Source of the DNA: Octopus vulgaris | Lineage: Eukaryota | Direction of reading: 5' to 3' | Assembly (NCBI GenBank): GCA_951406725.2 | Contig: OX597837.1 | Span: 23,312,001 to 23,376,000 of the forward strand | Length of the DNA: 64,000 nt | Part shown: piece by piece, positions 26,395 through 38,530 of the stretch | How positions within the stretch are numbered: the first letter of the stretch is position 1 | Layout: every line of letters starts with the position of its first letter | Notes under the pieces: model-generated | The model's input: the letters and a program-made list of their open reading frames with translations, nothing else | Databases searched by the model: none | What the model was told of the DNA's origin: nothing | Position numbers and translations under genes: made by a program

Positions 26395-26581
26395 AGAGTT
26401 TACGAAAAAAACAACAAAAGACGAAGACAGGTGGTGTACAAAACAAACAGATGTATTAGTATAACACTTAGGAATAGAAAAAGGCTTTTACGTTTCGAGC
26501 CTACGCTCTTCTACAGAAAGGGACACAGAAAACAAGGAGAGAAAAAAATGTGTGTAGTGGCTAACGATCTATCATGGTGTC
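26392..26581 (-). mobile_element. (TA)n-flanked short element with variant hammerhead-like fold (26485-26520)
   Basis: CTTT-CTGTAGA-A-GAGC GTAG GCTC-GAAA-CG-TA|AAAG. Confidence 0.75.
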
Positions 26582-26607
26582 ATATATATGTATATATATA
26601 TATATAT

Positions 26608-26841
26608 CAATAATAATATAGGGTGAAATTAATTAATTTGGAATAATCATTAATTTCACCAAGTAGATTTCGGCATGTAAAAGCCCCATTCAAGGAAGGT
26701 TTAAGTAATACTAAGTAATTAAGGGTTTAGCAACGATTTGCCTACTTAAAAGTAGAAAGAATAGCCATAACTCTTTGACTGCTATTTCTAAATTCGGTGT
26801 GTGGTGAGGCAAATCGTTGCTAAACCCTTAATTACTTAGTA
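26608..26841. mobile_element. (TA)n-flanked element with perfect 35-bp inverted repeat
   Basis: 26709-26743 / 26807-26841. Confidence 0.7.
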
Positions 26842-26849
26842 TATATATA

Positions 26850-27125
26850 CCGCCTCGACTGGCTTCCGTGCCGGTGGCACATAAAATACACCAATCCGAC
26901 CGTGGCCGTTGCCAGCCTTGCCTGGCACCTGTACAGGTGGCACGTAAAAAGCACCCACTACACTCACGGAGTGGTTGGCGTTAGGAAGGGCATCCAGCTG
27001 TAGAAACATTGCCAGATAAGACTGGAGCCTGGTGCAGCCTTCTGGCTTCCCAGATCCCCGGTCGAACTGTCCAACCCATGCTAGCATGGAGAACGGATGT
27101 TAAACGATGATGATGATGATGATGA
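26850..27125 (+). mobile_element. Family C 3' part
   Basis: Nearly identical to 11410-11683. Confidence 0.9.
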
Positions 27126-27475
27126 TATATATATATATGATGATCATCCCCATCAATTTTTACATAGAAGAGTTTGAAGGAGAGGATTTAAGAGGGAAGA
27201 AAGTGAGACAAAGAAAAACTAACTTTAAGAATAAAAGAAGAAAAGAAGCTACATCTATTTGCGATGAATATCCCTCTCTCTCTCTTTCGGAGAGGCACAA
27301 GTACCTACACGCACATATACACACACGGCAGTAACTTCCGCCTGCCGAATATCAATCACAAAGCTTCGGTAGGCTCGGGGGCTATAGCGGAAGACACCTA
27401 CCCAAAGTGCCACGCAGTGGGACTGAACCCGAAACCATGTAGCTAGGAAGCAAGCTCCCTAACCACACAGCCATA

Positions 27476-27965
27476 TGTAATTTGAATCCAGGGATGGATT
27501 TTGCTAAGAAGTCAGCATGGGAACAATGATGATCTGGATATTGTCTGGAATTAGACAAATGTGTCTGTTGATTGTGGGATATAATTCGTTTACTGTTCTC
27601 TTTCTTCAACACAAATTGTTTTGATGCATCATGACATTTTATACCATGTAGATCAATCTAAGCAACGATTTTCCCATAGATATCAAATTTAGCTTTAGAG
27701 AGTTTCATGATTGTTTCAACTTATCTTTAGACTCAAGGATGGATCTTCCTTTTCTGTGGTGTCCCTCTACTTGTTGGCCATACAAAAGAATTTTCAGAAT
27801 GCTGTCATCTTTCATTTAAACATGTCCTACCTATTTGCATTGAATTCTTAGCAGCATGCTTTTGATACGGGAGAGATCACATTTTACTAAGATTCTGACA
27901 TTTAATATCTTATCTTGCCATTTTGTGTTGCAGATATTGTTCAGACAGCATATGTGAAAGGTTTC
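27476..27965 (-). mobile_element. RTE-like LINE 3' remnant
   Basis: CLNNICNTKWQDKILN...VGHV...ILLYGQ...RKGR, with stops. Confidence 0.7.
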
Positions 27966-28002
27966 AAGTTTCTTTATATATATATAGTCTTTGCATATAT
28001 AA

Positions 28003-28362
28003 TAGGTGCAGGAGTGGCTGTATGGTGAGTAGCTTGCTAACCAACCCCATGGTTCTGGGTTCAGTCCCACTGCGTGGCATCTTGGGCAAGTATTTTCTTC
28101 TATAGCTTTGGGCCAACCTAAACTTTGTGATAGATGGAAACTGAATGAAGCCAGTCGTATGTGTGTGTGTGTCTGTGTTTGTCCCCCCAACATCACTTGA
28201 AAATTGATGCTGGTGTGGATATGTCCCCATAACTTTGCAGTTTGGCAAAAGAGACCAATAGGATAAGTACTCGGCTTACAAAGAATAACTCCTGTGGTAG
28301 ATTTGTTTGACTAAAGGTGGTGCTCCAGCTTGTCCGCAATGACTGAAACAAAATAAAAGAAT
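28003..28362 (+). mobile_element. SINE family A
   Basis: Consensus match. Confidence 0.85.
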
Positions 28363-28617
28363 AGTCTGTGTACATACACTATTGTACTTTGTATTTGTGC
28401 AAATTTGTGTTCTTATGTAAACATTTACATGTATTTTTGTACTTATATTTGTCCTTACCTAGTACTTATTCTATCAGTCTCTCTTGCCGAACCGCTAAGT
28501 GACAGGGACGTAAACACACTAGCATCAGTTGCCAAACGATGTTGGGGAGACAAACACAGACACACAAACATACACAAACACACAAACACACACACACACA
28601 TACATATATATATATAT

Positions 28618-29422
28618 GAGCATTACTCATAATCTAGCCACCATCATCTCCTCTTTTAATAACAAGAAACTGGATCACTTCTATAAGGATAGAAAATTGA
28701 ATTTAGACCAGGAAAACTTGCCCCTCTTCATTAATAATAGGAATAGAAATTTTCTTGGAACAAATGGGAGCAACCTCCTTACTGATAATAAGTGCACCAT
28801 ACCTGTCAGAGATAATATAAATGTAATAGATCATACCACTACTACCAATACTAGTACTAGTGATAGGAATATAGCCGATAATGTGGAATTAACTCATTCG
28901 TTGATTTTGGGTTTGGATGATGATAACAATTGTAACACTTATAATGTGAATAGTAGTATAGGGGTGGTGCCCAATCTTAGATTTCCTCATTCTGTTAATC
29001 TTTGTAATTGCAGAAATAAAAATAAATGTGTATTTGGTAATCAATGCCTCAGGAAGGAGGTAGTTTACCAATGCACTGTAGATACACAATTGAGTAGTAG
29101 AGTGTATATCGGGGCAACTATGAATAGCATAAAACAAAGATGGAATTATCATAGATATACTTTTAGGAATAAAAATAGAATGTACTCTACAGGGCTAAGT
29201 GCATATATTTGGGAACTTAAAAGTAAGAACTTAGATTTTAGATTAAACTGGAAAATACTAACTTCAGCACCTGTGTATAATGGAAAAAATAAAAAATGCT
29301 CTCTATGTATTAATGAAATTTTCTTCATTATTAAAGCGGGTCGGCAAATTATTAACAACATTAATGAGAAAAACTTCTTTTGTATTCATAGACTACCGTT
29401 CACCTTTTCTAGATTCAAATAG
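28618..29422 (+). CDS. Naiad PLE C-terminal linker + GIY-YIG endonuclease (partial, no RT)
   Basis: CNCRNKNKCVFGNQC (CxCx5Cx5C), VVY...VYIG, QRWNYH, CSLC, CIH; uninterrupted frame. The first ~30 aa of the track ORF are SINE read-through. Confidence 0.85.
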
Positions 29423-31144
29423 AACTTAGCACTTCCACTATTATCAATTTTTTAATTCCCTTCTTTAACTAAATATACCTGTGGTCTTCTATAATTCTAT
29501 AATTCTAAAGTATACAATTTATAAATTTCATAATTTTATAATTTTTATAGCTACATTTGTATAATAACTAATTGGATGTGTCTAGTATTATTGGTTTCTT
29601 GGTTTTTGTATGTGGGTTTTTGTTTGTTTTTTTTAAGAGAAATGCAATATGACATAAAATAACATATTCATTTTGGTATTTGCCTTGTAATGTGTGATTT
29701 TTGAAGTTTTCCAATATTGCATAGTATATTGCAAAGTATATATGTATATCTTGGTTAGATACCTAGCTCTGGATAATGTAATGATATTGTATAATATGTA
29801 ATATATGAGAGCCTTTTGTGAGTTTGGTGGGTTTAGGTTGAGATTATGGTTTTTTGTATGTGCTGATTTGGAAGGTTTTTATTATATATTTGGTCTTTTT
29901 GTACTCACCTTAATTTGTATCTTATGCTATTCACTGATAAACCTTTTTCATTTTTTTCATTTTCTCATTTACATGCATTTTGCTTTATAATTGTTACCAG
30001 CTTCATATATTTAGTTTATATCTATAGTCCTCTGGATCTGTACTTTAAACTATCCTTCCATACATATTTACTTTCAACAATATAAAATATATATATTCAC
30101 TTTATTTATTTTTATTTATTTCCCATTTTTATTGTAATATTATCAATATTTGCATCTAGTCTTCTATTTATTTATTTATTTGCTTATTTAAGTGTGGATG
30201 TTTACATACATATCAAGTCATTTAATTTGTTACCTATTTATTCTTTACTTATTTACTTATACTGGTGTAGTTTTATACATACATATCTATCATTTATTTT
30301 TATTTAATTTTAATAATATATGAATACATATATACTAGTTTGTACTTATAATTATGTGTATAACCGTATTTATTCCTTTTTATTTATTTTATCTCTTTTC
30401 ATATTAAGTCTTTATAATATAAAATTTATTTGAAATTTCTGTGATGTTCTCATAAGCGTTTACATTAATACTTCCCCCTCTATTTTTTATTGCCTAAACT
30501 GGTATATTTTGGCACTATATTTATTAAGTTAATAAGTGACTTATTTATAATATCTAAATGAATATATTTTATATTTATATTTTATAATTTAGCGTACTTT
30601 AAATCATAACAAACTTACGATAAACCTAACAACCGTATGTTTACTCTGCAACAAACCGGTGTTATAAATTTTAAGTTACCCATGAAATAATTATCTGAAT
30701 TAGTAACATACTGATATTTAAAAATACATTTATATCTTAATTAAATATTTTATAGAATGCATGGATGGTTCTTTTTTTGTTATTGAGGCTCAGTTATAAT
30801 TTTGAAGGACTTAGTGTTAGCATGGTTGCTTCCCTATTTGTTTATCTAAGTGTTAGTTGTTGCTTATGATTATGTATATGTACAAGTGTATGTATATACA
30901 TATAACTATGTGTGTATGTGCGATTGATCTGTAGATGCGTGTGTGAATATTAGCGTTCCTTGACTAACCAACCGTATAATTTTCTTTTGTGATTTAAATT
31001 TCAAACCAATAGCCAATCGAATTAATCTAAATTTTCTTTACCTAGTGGTCAGCATTTCTTAACTCATAGTTATTTCGATCTTGGAAGGATGGACTTGGTG
31101 ATAACTTAACTGTATCTATTTTTATTATTTTTTATTATTATTAC

Positions 31145-31178
<34 letters not shown>

Positions 31179-31520
31179 AGTAATTTTTATTAACTTTTAT
31201 AGCTTTAGAATTTTATGAACTGTACCACTGATTTAATTATTATTATTTTTCATCTCCATATGTGTTAGCCCTTTTTTTTATATATAAAAAAAACTATTAG
31301 CTAAATATGTATGATATCGGTACTTATTAATATTATATATACACTGTTATATATTTTGTTTTATTTTGTTCTGGTTACCTTCCTTTTTGTACAAATGTGT
31401 ATTATATTATACAAGTGTAGCATTATGATGTATAAGTTTTTATATTTTACTTTTTTATATTTTTATATTTATATGTATATGATTATATAATATTTTTCAC
31501 TATTATAACAAATTTAATTT

Positions 31521-31637
31521 AATTCTCTGAAGAGGCCGTGGGGCATCTTTGTTAATGCCTCATTTATACCTGCCTTTATGGCTTATAGGTTAAATGAGGT
31601 ATGACTGTCCTCACTGCCGAAACAGCTGTCAGTTTTG
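31521..31637 (+). ncRNA. Type I hammerhead ribozyme, canonical core, ~85-nt stem II
   Basis: CTGAAGA (31527-33), GGC...GCC long hairpin, GAAA, palindromic ACAGCTGT, GTC cleavage after 31630; stem I weak. Confidence 0.8.
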
Positions 31638-31834
31638 ATTTATTTGCATATTGTATTTGTAATTTTTTACTTATATCTCTTTATCTTTTTACTTTTACTA
31701 TTACTGTATATCTCATTTCATTTTATATATTGCCTTTACTCCTATGTAATGGTGTATTAAAGTATGGATTGAGTATCATCGGATAGTTGATGTTTTATTG
31801 ATTTAAGTATGTTTCTCCATTCTCTAATTTTGTA

Positions 31835-31868
<34 letters not shown>

Positions 31869-33139
31869 GATGGGCTTCTTTCAGTTTCCGTCTACCTAAT
31901 GTACTCACAAGCCTTTGGTTGGCCCAAGACTATAATAGAAGACACTTGCCCAAGGTGCCATGCAGTGGGACTGAACCCAGAACCATGTGGTTGGTAAGCA
32001 AGCTACTTACCACACAGCCACTCATTTGCCTATGTATAATCTTATCTATAATTTTCATAGCTGTCTGCTTGAAAGTTTACATCATGTATCCATGTCAATT
32101 CTATATTCTTTCCTCCCATTAATACAAGCCTTATTTAATACACCTTTTCAATATTTCCAGCAGTCACCTTTAGTTGCAATTTTGACCATTAAACCATTGT
32201 GTGTGTGTGCATGCAAGTGTGTGTGTGTGTGTGTACAAACGTATGCATATTCTTGAGTGAAGTTTTGTATGCATGTTTATGTTGTGTGAGTGTATGTGTT
32301 ATTGTATGTGTATGCACACCTGTGAGTTTGTGTTTTACTTAGACTTATATATAACTATATATACATACAGACACACATGTCTGTGGATGCATACATGTGT
32401 ATCTGTATGTGTGTGTTTATAATATGTGCGTGTATGTTATGTGAATATATGAATGTATATATGTACATTTATGTCTTTATATGTATATATGTATGTGAAA
32501 GTGTGCGTATAAGTACATGTGATTTTTCTTTCTTTTCTTCTTTCCTTCTTGCCATACATTGTAAATCACCTCTTTCTCAAACTTAGTTGTCAGTGAGATA
32601 TAGGTGAAACAGGATGTTTTTGTCAGACGAACAGTTATGGATTTGAGAGTTTTTATTCACTCTCAGAATTATCTTTTGAACACTTTATTCTAAGTAGCCA
32701 GGAAAAGCTTTTTTTGAAGTTGTCACTCCCTGGAATATATATATATATAGAACAAATACTGAAGGATTATCAGTCTGGGCAAAATACTTCATAAGATCTC
32801 TGTTGGCACACCAGGCTAACACTATTACTTAGATTAAGTGAAGAACTTCAGGTAATCCTGTGTTAGAGTCCAAGATTGTGGTTCATTATAATTCTATATT
32901 ATAAATCCATGGATTTAAACACAATATAACAAGAAATGGCTCTGATGATGAAAGCAGCATTAATTTTTTTTAGGTCGTTCAATTTTCCCCAATTGATCAA
33001 TAGACCAATTGAGTCAACTTATTAGTAATATACCTATAATGACTACTTGAAACAGCTGTAAGCCATGTTTGATCCAATAAAGGGAAAATATGTAATGACC
33101 ATTATTTTAAATTTATTTCTTATATATGAATATATACAT

Positions 33140-33290
33140 ACAGTGTACCCCCGCTTATTCGCAGAACTAATAATTGTTTGTGGAAACCACCGCACATTTG
33201 CAGAATTGTAAATATTGCCCATGGTTTTATATGGCTTTTTCATAGCAATATACATTTTTTCACACTTTTTAAGGCTAAATTATTAATAAC
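33140..33290 (+). mobile_element. Tigger/pogo-like terminus
   Basis: TA|CAGTGTACCCCCGCTTATTCGC resembles a Tigger TIR. Confidence 0.45.
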
Positions 33291-33299
33291 AATATACTG

Positions 33300-33709
33300 G
33301 GATCTTTTCAGTTTGAACGGCAGTTTTTTCTAGCAGTGTCATATGAAATTGTCACCCATAATTATGACCCTAGTATCGATCTATTGCATTTCAATCTGTT
33401 TTAGGGTTAGGGTTAGTAAGGGTTAGGGATTGGGGGAAGGGTATCTTTTTTTCTTCACAAATGTAAATAAACCCAATCTGTTTCTTAAACGAGGGACATA
33501 TTCATATGGCACAGAATGTTTTTTTATCTCAATAGACGTCATTGATTGGTTGAAATTGCAGAAATTGAAGAAAAAAAACCAACAAACATCTTACAAACTA
33601 TAGAATTTTCTCAATAAAGCCAAGAGAAAAAGATGTTTTATAAACACATTCTACCAGTATACGAAGTTTAAAAGTGTTTAGTTACGTGGAAATTATTTTA
33701 AAAAGATCC
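33300..33709. mobile_element. Non-autonomous DNA transposon with 8-bp TSD and internal TTAGGG repeats
   Basis: TIR GGATCTTTT/AAAAGATCC; TSD ATATACTG at 33292-99 and 33710-17. Confidence 0.85.
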
Positions 33710-34057
33710 ATATACTGTATTTGCCAGCTTACTGGATACCCCTTTGCAGTTGAAGCTCCCTCTGATTAGAATAGCTGTGCATCACGTCACTTGATTGTTT
33801 TAGATACAAGTACACTGTATCTTGGGTCTCTTATTCCTGCTTTCAATCAAGGCTTGCTAATTAGTATAGCACCATCTATACACACATACTCTCTCACTGT
33901 ATTTGTCTCTCAACAACAACAAACTCTCATTGTAGTGAGAGTATATACATACATACATATATATATTTATATATATATATATATAATGGCGGTGCCCCAG
34001 CATGGCCACAGCTTGTGAGCTGAAATTAGATGAAATGAAATGAAAATATATATATAT

Positions 34058-34366
34058 TTCGTTTTTGGATTTGGTTTTCAAGATTCTTTATGTGAGTTCG
34101 TGTGTTGAAGCATATTCTGTTGTGTCTGGGGAGAGTAATTTTTTTTTGTACCTTGTAATTTAACACACTCACCTGTAAAATTTCTACTTATTCCTTATTT
34201 TCATTTTCCTAAAATTTTCGTTGCATCTTGCAACCTTGCATCTTGCAACCTTGCAACACAACAAAACTTTTAGGAAAATAAAAATAAGGAATAAGTGGAA
34301 ATTTTACAGGTGAGTGTGTTAAATTATAAAGGCACAAAAAGAAACTGACTGTGTACAGACACAACA

Positions 34367-34370
<4 letters not shown>
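34058..34370. mobile_element. (TA)n-flanked fold-back with hammerhead 3' portion
   Basis: About 105-bp arms; minus strand GTTGC AAGAT GCAAC-GAAA-AT-TT|TAGG; core lost at the fold. Confidence 0.7.
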
Positions 34371-34424
<54 letters not shown>

Positions 34425-34559
34425 AGGTGTACTTGCATAGTGAGTGACTTGATCTGAGATCATGTGCTGGAATGAAAACAATTGCAGCATGGAAGGTGTT
34501 TATAAGCCATTTAAGAAACAGACAAAAACCGTTAGATTTACTTCAACATTTAAATTTAA

Positions 34560-34610
34560 TTTGTCAAAATATTTTCGTCGCTTTGAGACTGCAACCTGTT
34601 CACTGACAAA
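34560..34610 (-). ncRNA. Type I hammerhead, G3:C8 core variant
   Basis: TTTGTCA-GTGAACA-G-GTTGC..GCGAC-GAAA-ATAT-TT|TGACAAA. Confidence 0.7.
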
Positions 34611-34632
34611 ACAAAGAGATGCAGCATGAAGT

Positions 34633-34683
34633 TTTGTCAGTGAACAGGTCGCGGTCTCAAAGCGACGAAAATATTTTGACAAA
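34633..34683 (+). ncRNA. Type I hammerhead, G3:C8 core variant
   Basis: TTTGTCA-GTGAACA-G-GTCGC GGTCTCAAA GCGAC-GAAA-ATAT-TT|TGACAAA; 7-bp stem I, palindromic AATATT. Confidence 0.75.
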
Positions 34684-34732
34684 TTGAATTTGAATGTTGA
34701 AGTAAATCTAACGGTTTTTGTGTGTTTCTTAA

Positions 34733-34952
34733 CCCTTTAGTGTTCAGATTACTCTGTTAAATGTAATACTTTTTCACTCAAATTGTTTTGAATTAATCAT
34801 GCATTATCTTATAGCTTTGAGGTTTCAATGATGTAATTGTTTATTTTTAGAATGACATTGTAGGGTAAGTGTGAGAGGCTAGATATTGCCAGTTTGAATA
34901 TAAAACATGTAGAATATTTGGGCCGGATATGGCCGGTTTAAATACTAAAGGG
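34733..34952 (-). mobile_element. piggyBac-like MITE
   Basis: TTAA|CCCTTTAG...CTAAAGGG|TTAA; removing it restores the host arm. Confidence 0.9.
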
Positions 34953-35692
34953 TTAAATGGCTTATAAACACGTTCCACGCTGCAATTGTTTATATATATA
35001 TGTATATATCATCATCATCGCTTAACGTCTGTTTTCCATGCTAGCACGGGTTGATATATACAGTGTATCGCAAAAGTATCACTTGGGCTAGTGATGACAA
35101 ATCAAAGATTTAAATATTAATTTTGAGTCTAGGACATTTACCCTCCACCCTCCACCATGGACAATAGCAATTACTCCTGAGGACAACAGATGCTGATTTA
35201 CAACTTCTTAATTTATTGGAGGGGGGATAATTAACCAAGGCAAGGTAATTGTCCTAGGGGGTAGTTGTCCTCAGAGGGAATTGTCCTCATACAGTTAATT
35301 TTATACAAGTGCATTTTTTAAAAATCATCGCTACATCTGATCACACACATTGTTTATTTCAACAGGATAATTTTTAAGGTCATGAGCCAATATAGTTAAC
35401 TCAATCGGTCTATTGATCAATTAAGGAAAATTGAACGACCTAAAAAGATTAATGCTTCTTTCATCATCAGAGCCATTTCTTGTTATATTGTGTTTAAATC
35501 CATGGATTTACAATATAGAATTGTAATGAACCATAACGTTGGACTCTTCCACAGGATTACTTGAAGTTCTTCACTTAATCTAAGTAATATTGTTAGCCTG
35601 GTGTGCCAACAGAGAGCTTATGAAGTATTTTGCCCCGATATATAATCCCTTACTATTTGTTTTATATATGTGTGTATATATATATATATATG

Positions 35693-35736
<44 letters not shown>

Positions 35737-36000
35737 CACATATATATAAAACAAATAAATATATATATATATATATATTCCAGGGAGTGACAAAAAGAAG
35801 CTTTTCCTGGCTACTTAGAATAAAGCATTCAGAGATATTTCTGAGAGGGAATAAAACTCTCAAATCCTTAACTGTTCGTCTGACAAAAACATCCTGTTTC
35901 ACTTATAGCTCATCGACAACGAAGAAACAAGTTTGAGCAAGAGGTAATTTACAATTATATGGCAAGAAGGATAGAAGAAAAGAAAGAAAAATCATATGTA

Positions 36001-36039
<39 letters not shown>

Positions 36040-36249
36040 TCACATACATATATGCATATATATATATAAAGACATAAATGTACATATACACATTCATATG
36101 TATATTCACATGGCATACACACACATAGAAACATACACATACAGACACACATGTATGCAATCCCTTTTAATCCCTTTTACTTATTACATGTATATGTGTT
36201 TATATATATGCACATAAACACATATAAATGAATACATAGATACATAGAT

Positions 36250-36318
<69 letters not shown>

Positions 36319-36641
36319 GAAGGTGTTCCTAAATTAACTTTACAACTTCCACAATTCATTGTATTGCATCATCTAGGTGTGTTGTACATAACCGATGGAG
36401 CCCACGTGGAAGTGATGTGATGTTTCTAATAAAACTTTATTTCCTTGCCTATGTTATCCAATAAACTCTGCAAAGTTATCCATATTTTTAATTTCAGCTC
36501 AATCTCCCATTGGTGATATGCACATATTAGAAGAAAGGAAGGTTTTGTAGGTTTTTTGGGGGAGAAAAACTGTGTCCAGTAGCTATCTCGAGTATTTTGT
36601 TGAGTGCTGTGTTTTTTACAGTGTGTTACTAAAGCCCCAAG

Positions 36642-36840
36642 ATGCTGCCCAAACGTCCGACACCTTCTAAGGCTTCTGGCAGGGAACTAAAGTGCCAGGA
36701 AAAGATTATGACACTCCATGAGAAGGTACAATTGTTGGATATGTTCCAAGAAGGTAAAAAGTTATGCTGCAGTTGGTCACTATTATGTTGTCAACGAAAG
36801 TACCATATGCTACATAAAGAAGAACAAGGTGGCGGTCAGT
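36642..36840 (+). pseudogene. Tigger/pogo transposase N-terminal HTH (fragment)
   Basis: MTLHEKVQLLDM..GK/SYAAVGHYYVVNESTICYIKKN across a frameshift. Confidence 0.85.
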
Positions 36841-36844
36841 GAGT

Positions 36845-37746
36845 ATTTTTATATAGGTTCATCTACTATAATTTGGAGACCTAGATTTCTTAATCACTTA
36901 CATTCATTTAAGTATAGAAGGAAATGTAATTCTACGAATCTTAGTAAATGAATTTGGAATTTAAAAGATTGGAACATTAAGTATGATTAAGTCCTACCAT
37001 CATAAAACACTGGTAATTTTAAATGTGATCTTTGCTTTGAAGAAATGTATTATATAATTACTGCTCAAATTAATATTATTAAATTATAAAGGTAATTTTA
37101 CATTGAAATGTTCTCACAAATAAAGAAAAGCATCTAAATATGTCAATTTTAAATAACCCATTAATTATAATTGATTTTCATATGTTATACGTATAATTTT
37201 TCAATAGAACTAATAGAACTAATAGTCAATAGAACTAATAGTCATGACAGAATTTCTATGTTTCTAATTGTCATAATGTAGTTAAATACTAAGCAGGTTT
37301 TTTTCTTAGAATATTATATTTCTTCTTAATGGTCTCTTTGTATGCATTTATCTACTAGAGATATTTCTTTTAGTTCGCTTTGAATTTAATCAATTTTGGA
37401 TTGTCTTGATAACATTGTGTTAACATATATTTTGGGATAAATTAATTTGAATGTTATTTTCTGTATCCAAATACTTTGAGACAGCAGAAACATTCATCAG
37501 TTTTCTATGGTGTATTCACTCATTAATGATGTGACTTTCTCAATTCTTATTTTTGGTGACTTATATATTCCAAATTTCTTGAAATTCTTCTAAATGATAT
37601 TTGGATTAATTTGTCATACATGAGAAATTACCTTGGATGTGTATCTGGCTTACATTCACTGGTCATTGGATATAGTTAACCAAATTTATTTAACACTGAA
37701 TCCTGTATTGGCATCTGACTGGATTTTTTAATCCGTTTTACTTATT

Positions 37747-37790
<44 letters not shown>

Positions 37791-38023
37791 AAATAACCCA
37801 TTAATTATAATTGATTTTCATATAATGTAATATGTATAATTTTTCTAAAAATGTTTAGCATATTCAATAGAACTAATAGAACTAATAGTCAATAGAACTA
37901 ATAGTCATGACATAGAATTTCTATGTTTCTAATTGTCATAATGTAGTTAAATACTAAGCAAGTTTTTTCTTAGAATATTATGCCTTCTTAATGGTCTCTT
38001 TGTATGCATTTATCTACTAGACT
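36845..38023 (+). mobile_element. Second, decayed Naiad PLE fragment
   Basis: FYIGSS...RFLNHLHSFK...STNLSK*IWNLK...KCDLCFEEMYYII; 37147-37361 duplicated at 37787-38023. Confidence 0.75.
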
Positions 38024-38076
38024 ACTTCATGTGCAACTCCATTGTCTCCCGAGACAGAAAGGATGCCAATACAATG

Positions 38077-38122
<46 letters not shown>

Positions 38123-38127
38123 TATAT

Positions 38128-38520
38128 AGGTGTGGGCATGGCTGTGTGGAAAGAAAGGCGGCGAGCTGAAAGAAACATTAGCACACTGGGCAAAATGCTT
38201 AGCAGTATTTCGTCTGCCGTTACGTTCTGAGTTCAAATTCCGCCAAGGTCGACTTTGCCTTTCATCCTTTTGGGGTTGATAAATTAAGTACTAGTTACAC
38301 ACTGGGGTCAATGTAATCGACTTAATCCGTTTGTCTGTCCTTGTTTGTCCCCTCTGTGTTTGGCCCCTTGTGGGCAATAAAGACATAAGAAGCTTGCTTC
38401 CCAACTACATTGTTCTGGGCTCAGTCCCACCTTGGGTAGGTGTCTTCTGTTATAGCCTCCAGCTGACCAAAGCCTTCTGAGTGGATTTGATAAATGGAAA
38501 CTGAAAGAAGCCCATCATAT
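38128..38520 (+). mobile_element. Family B SINE (38157-38387) nested in a family A head
   Basis: Family A sequence resumes at AAGCTTGCTTCCCAAC. Confidence 0.85.
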
Positions 38521-38530
38521 ATATATATAT

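Larger units (their letters stand above)
28618..31835 (+). mobile_element. 5'-truncated Penelope-like retroelement, Naiad clade
   Basis: GIY-YIG ORF, 2.4-kb AT-rich 3' region, hammerhead near the 3' end, (TA)n on both sides. Confidence 0.85.
28455..32021 (-). mobile_element. SINE family A split by the Naiad insertion (28455-28617 + 31836-32021)
   Basis: The two halves rejoin at the internal (TA)n. Confidence 0.85.
34422..34991. mobile_element. Fold-back element with G3:C8 hammerheads on both strands (copy 2)
   Basis: Right arm interrupted by a piggyBac MITE; (TA)n flanks. Confidence 0.85.
32388..36159. repeat. Inverted duplication, arms 32388-33023 and 35390-36159
   Basis: Colinear reverse-complement similarity including non-microsatellite sequence. 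Confidence 0.9.

Noticed and set aside
26655-26697. Minus-strand hammerhead-like TTGAATGG-GGC..GCC-GAAA
   Set aside because: The core fits no 3:8-paired consensus and helix III does not pair.
28529-29422. Host GIY-YIG gene or homing endonuclease
   Set aside because: 5'-truncated, inserted in a SINE microsatellite and followed by a PLE-type hammerhead, so it is a retroelement.
33401-33429. Chromosome end or telomere fusion
   Set aside because: Only a few units, inside a TSD-bounded MITE.
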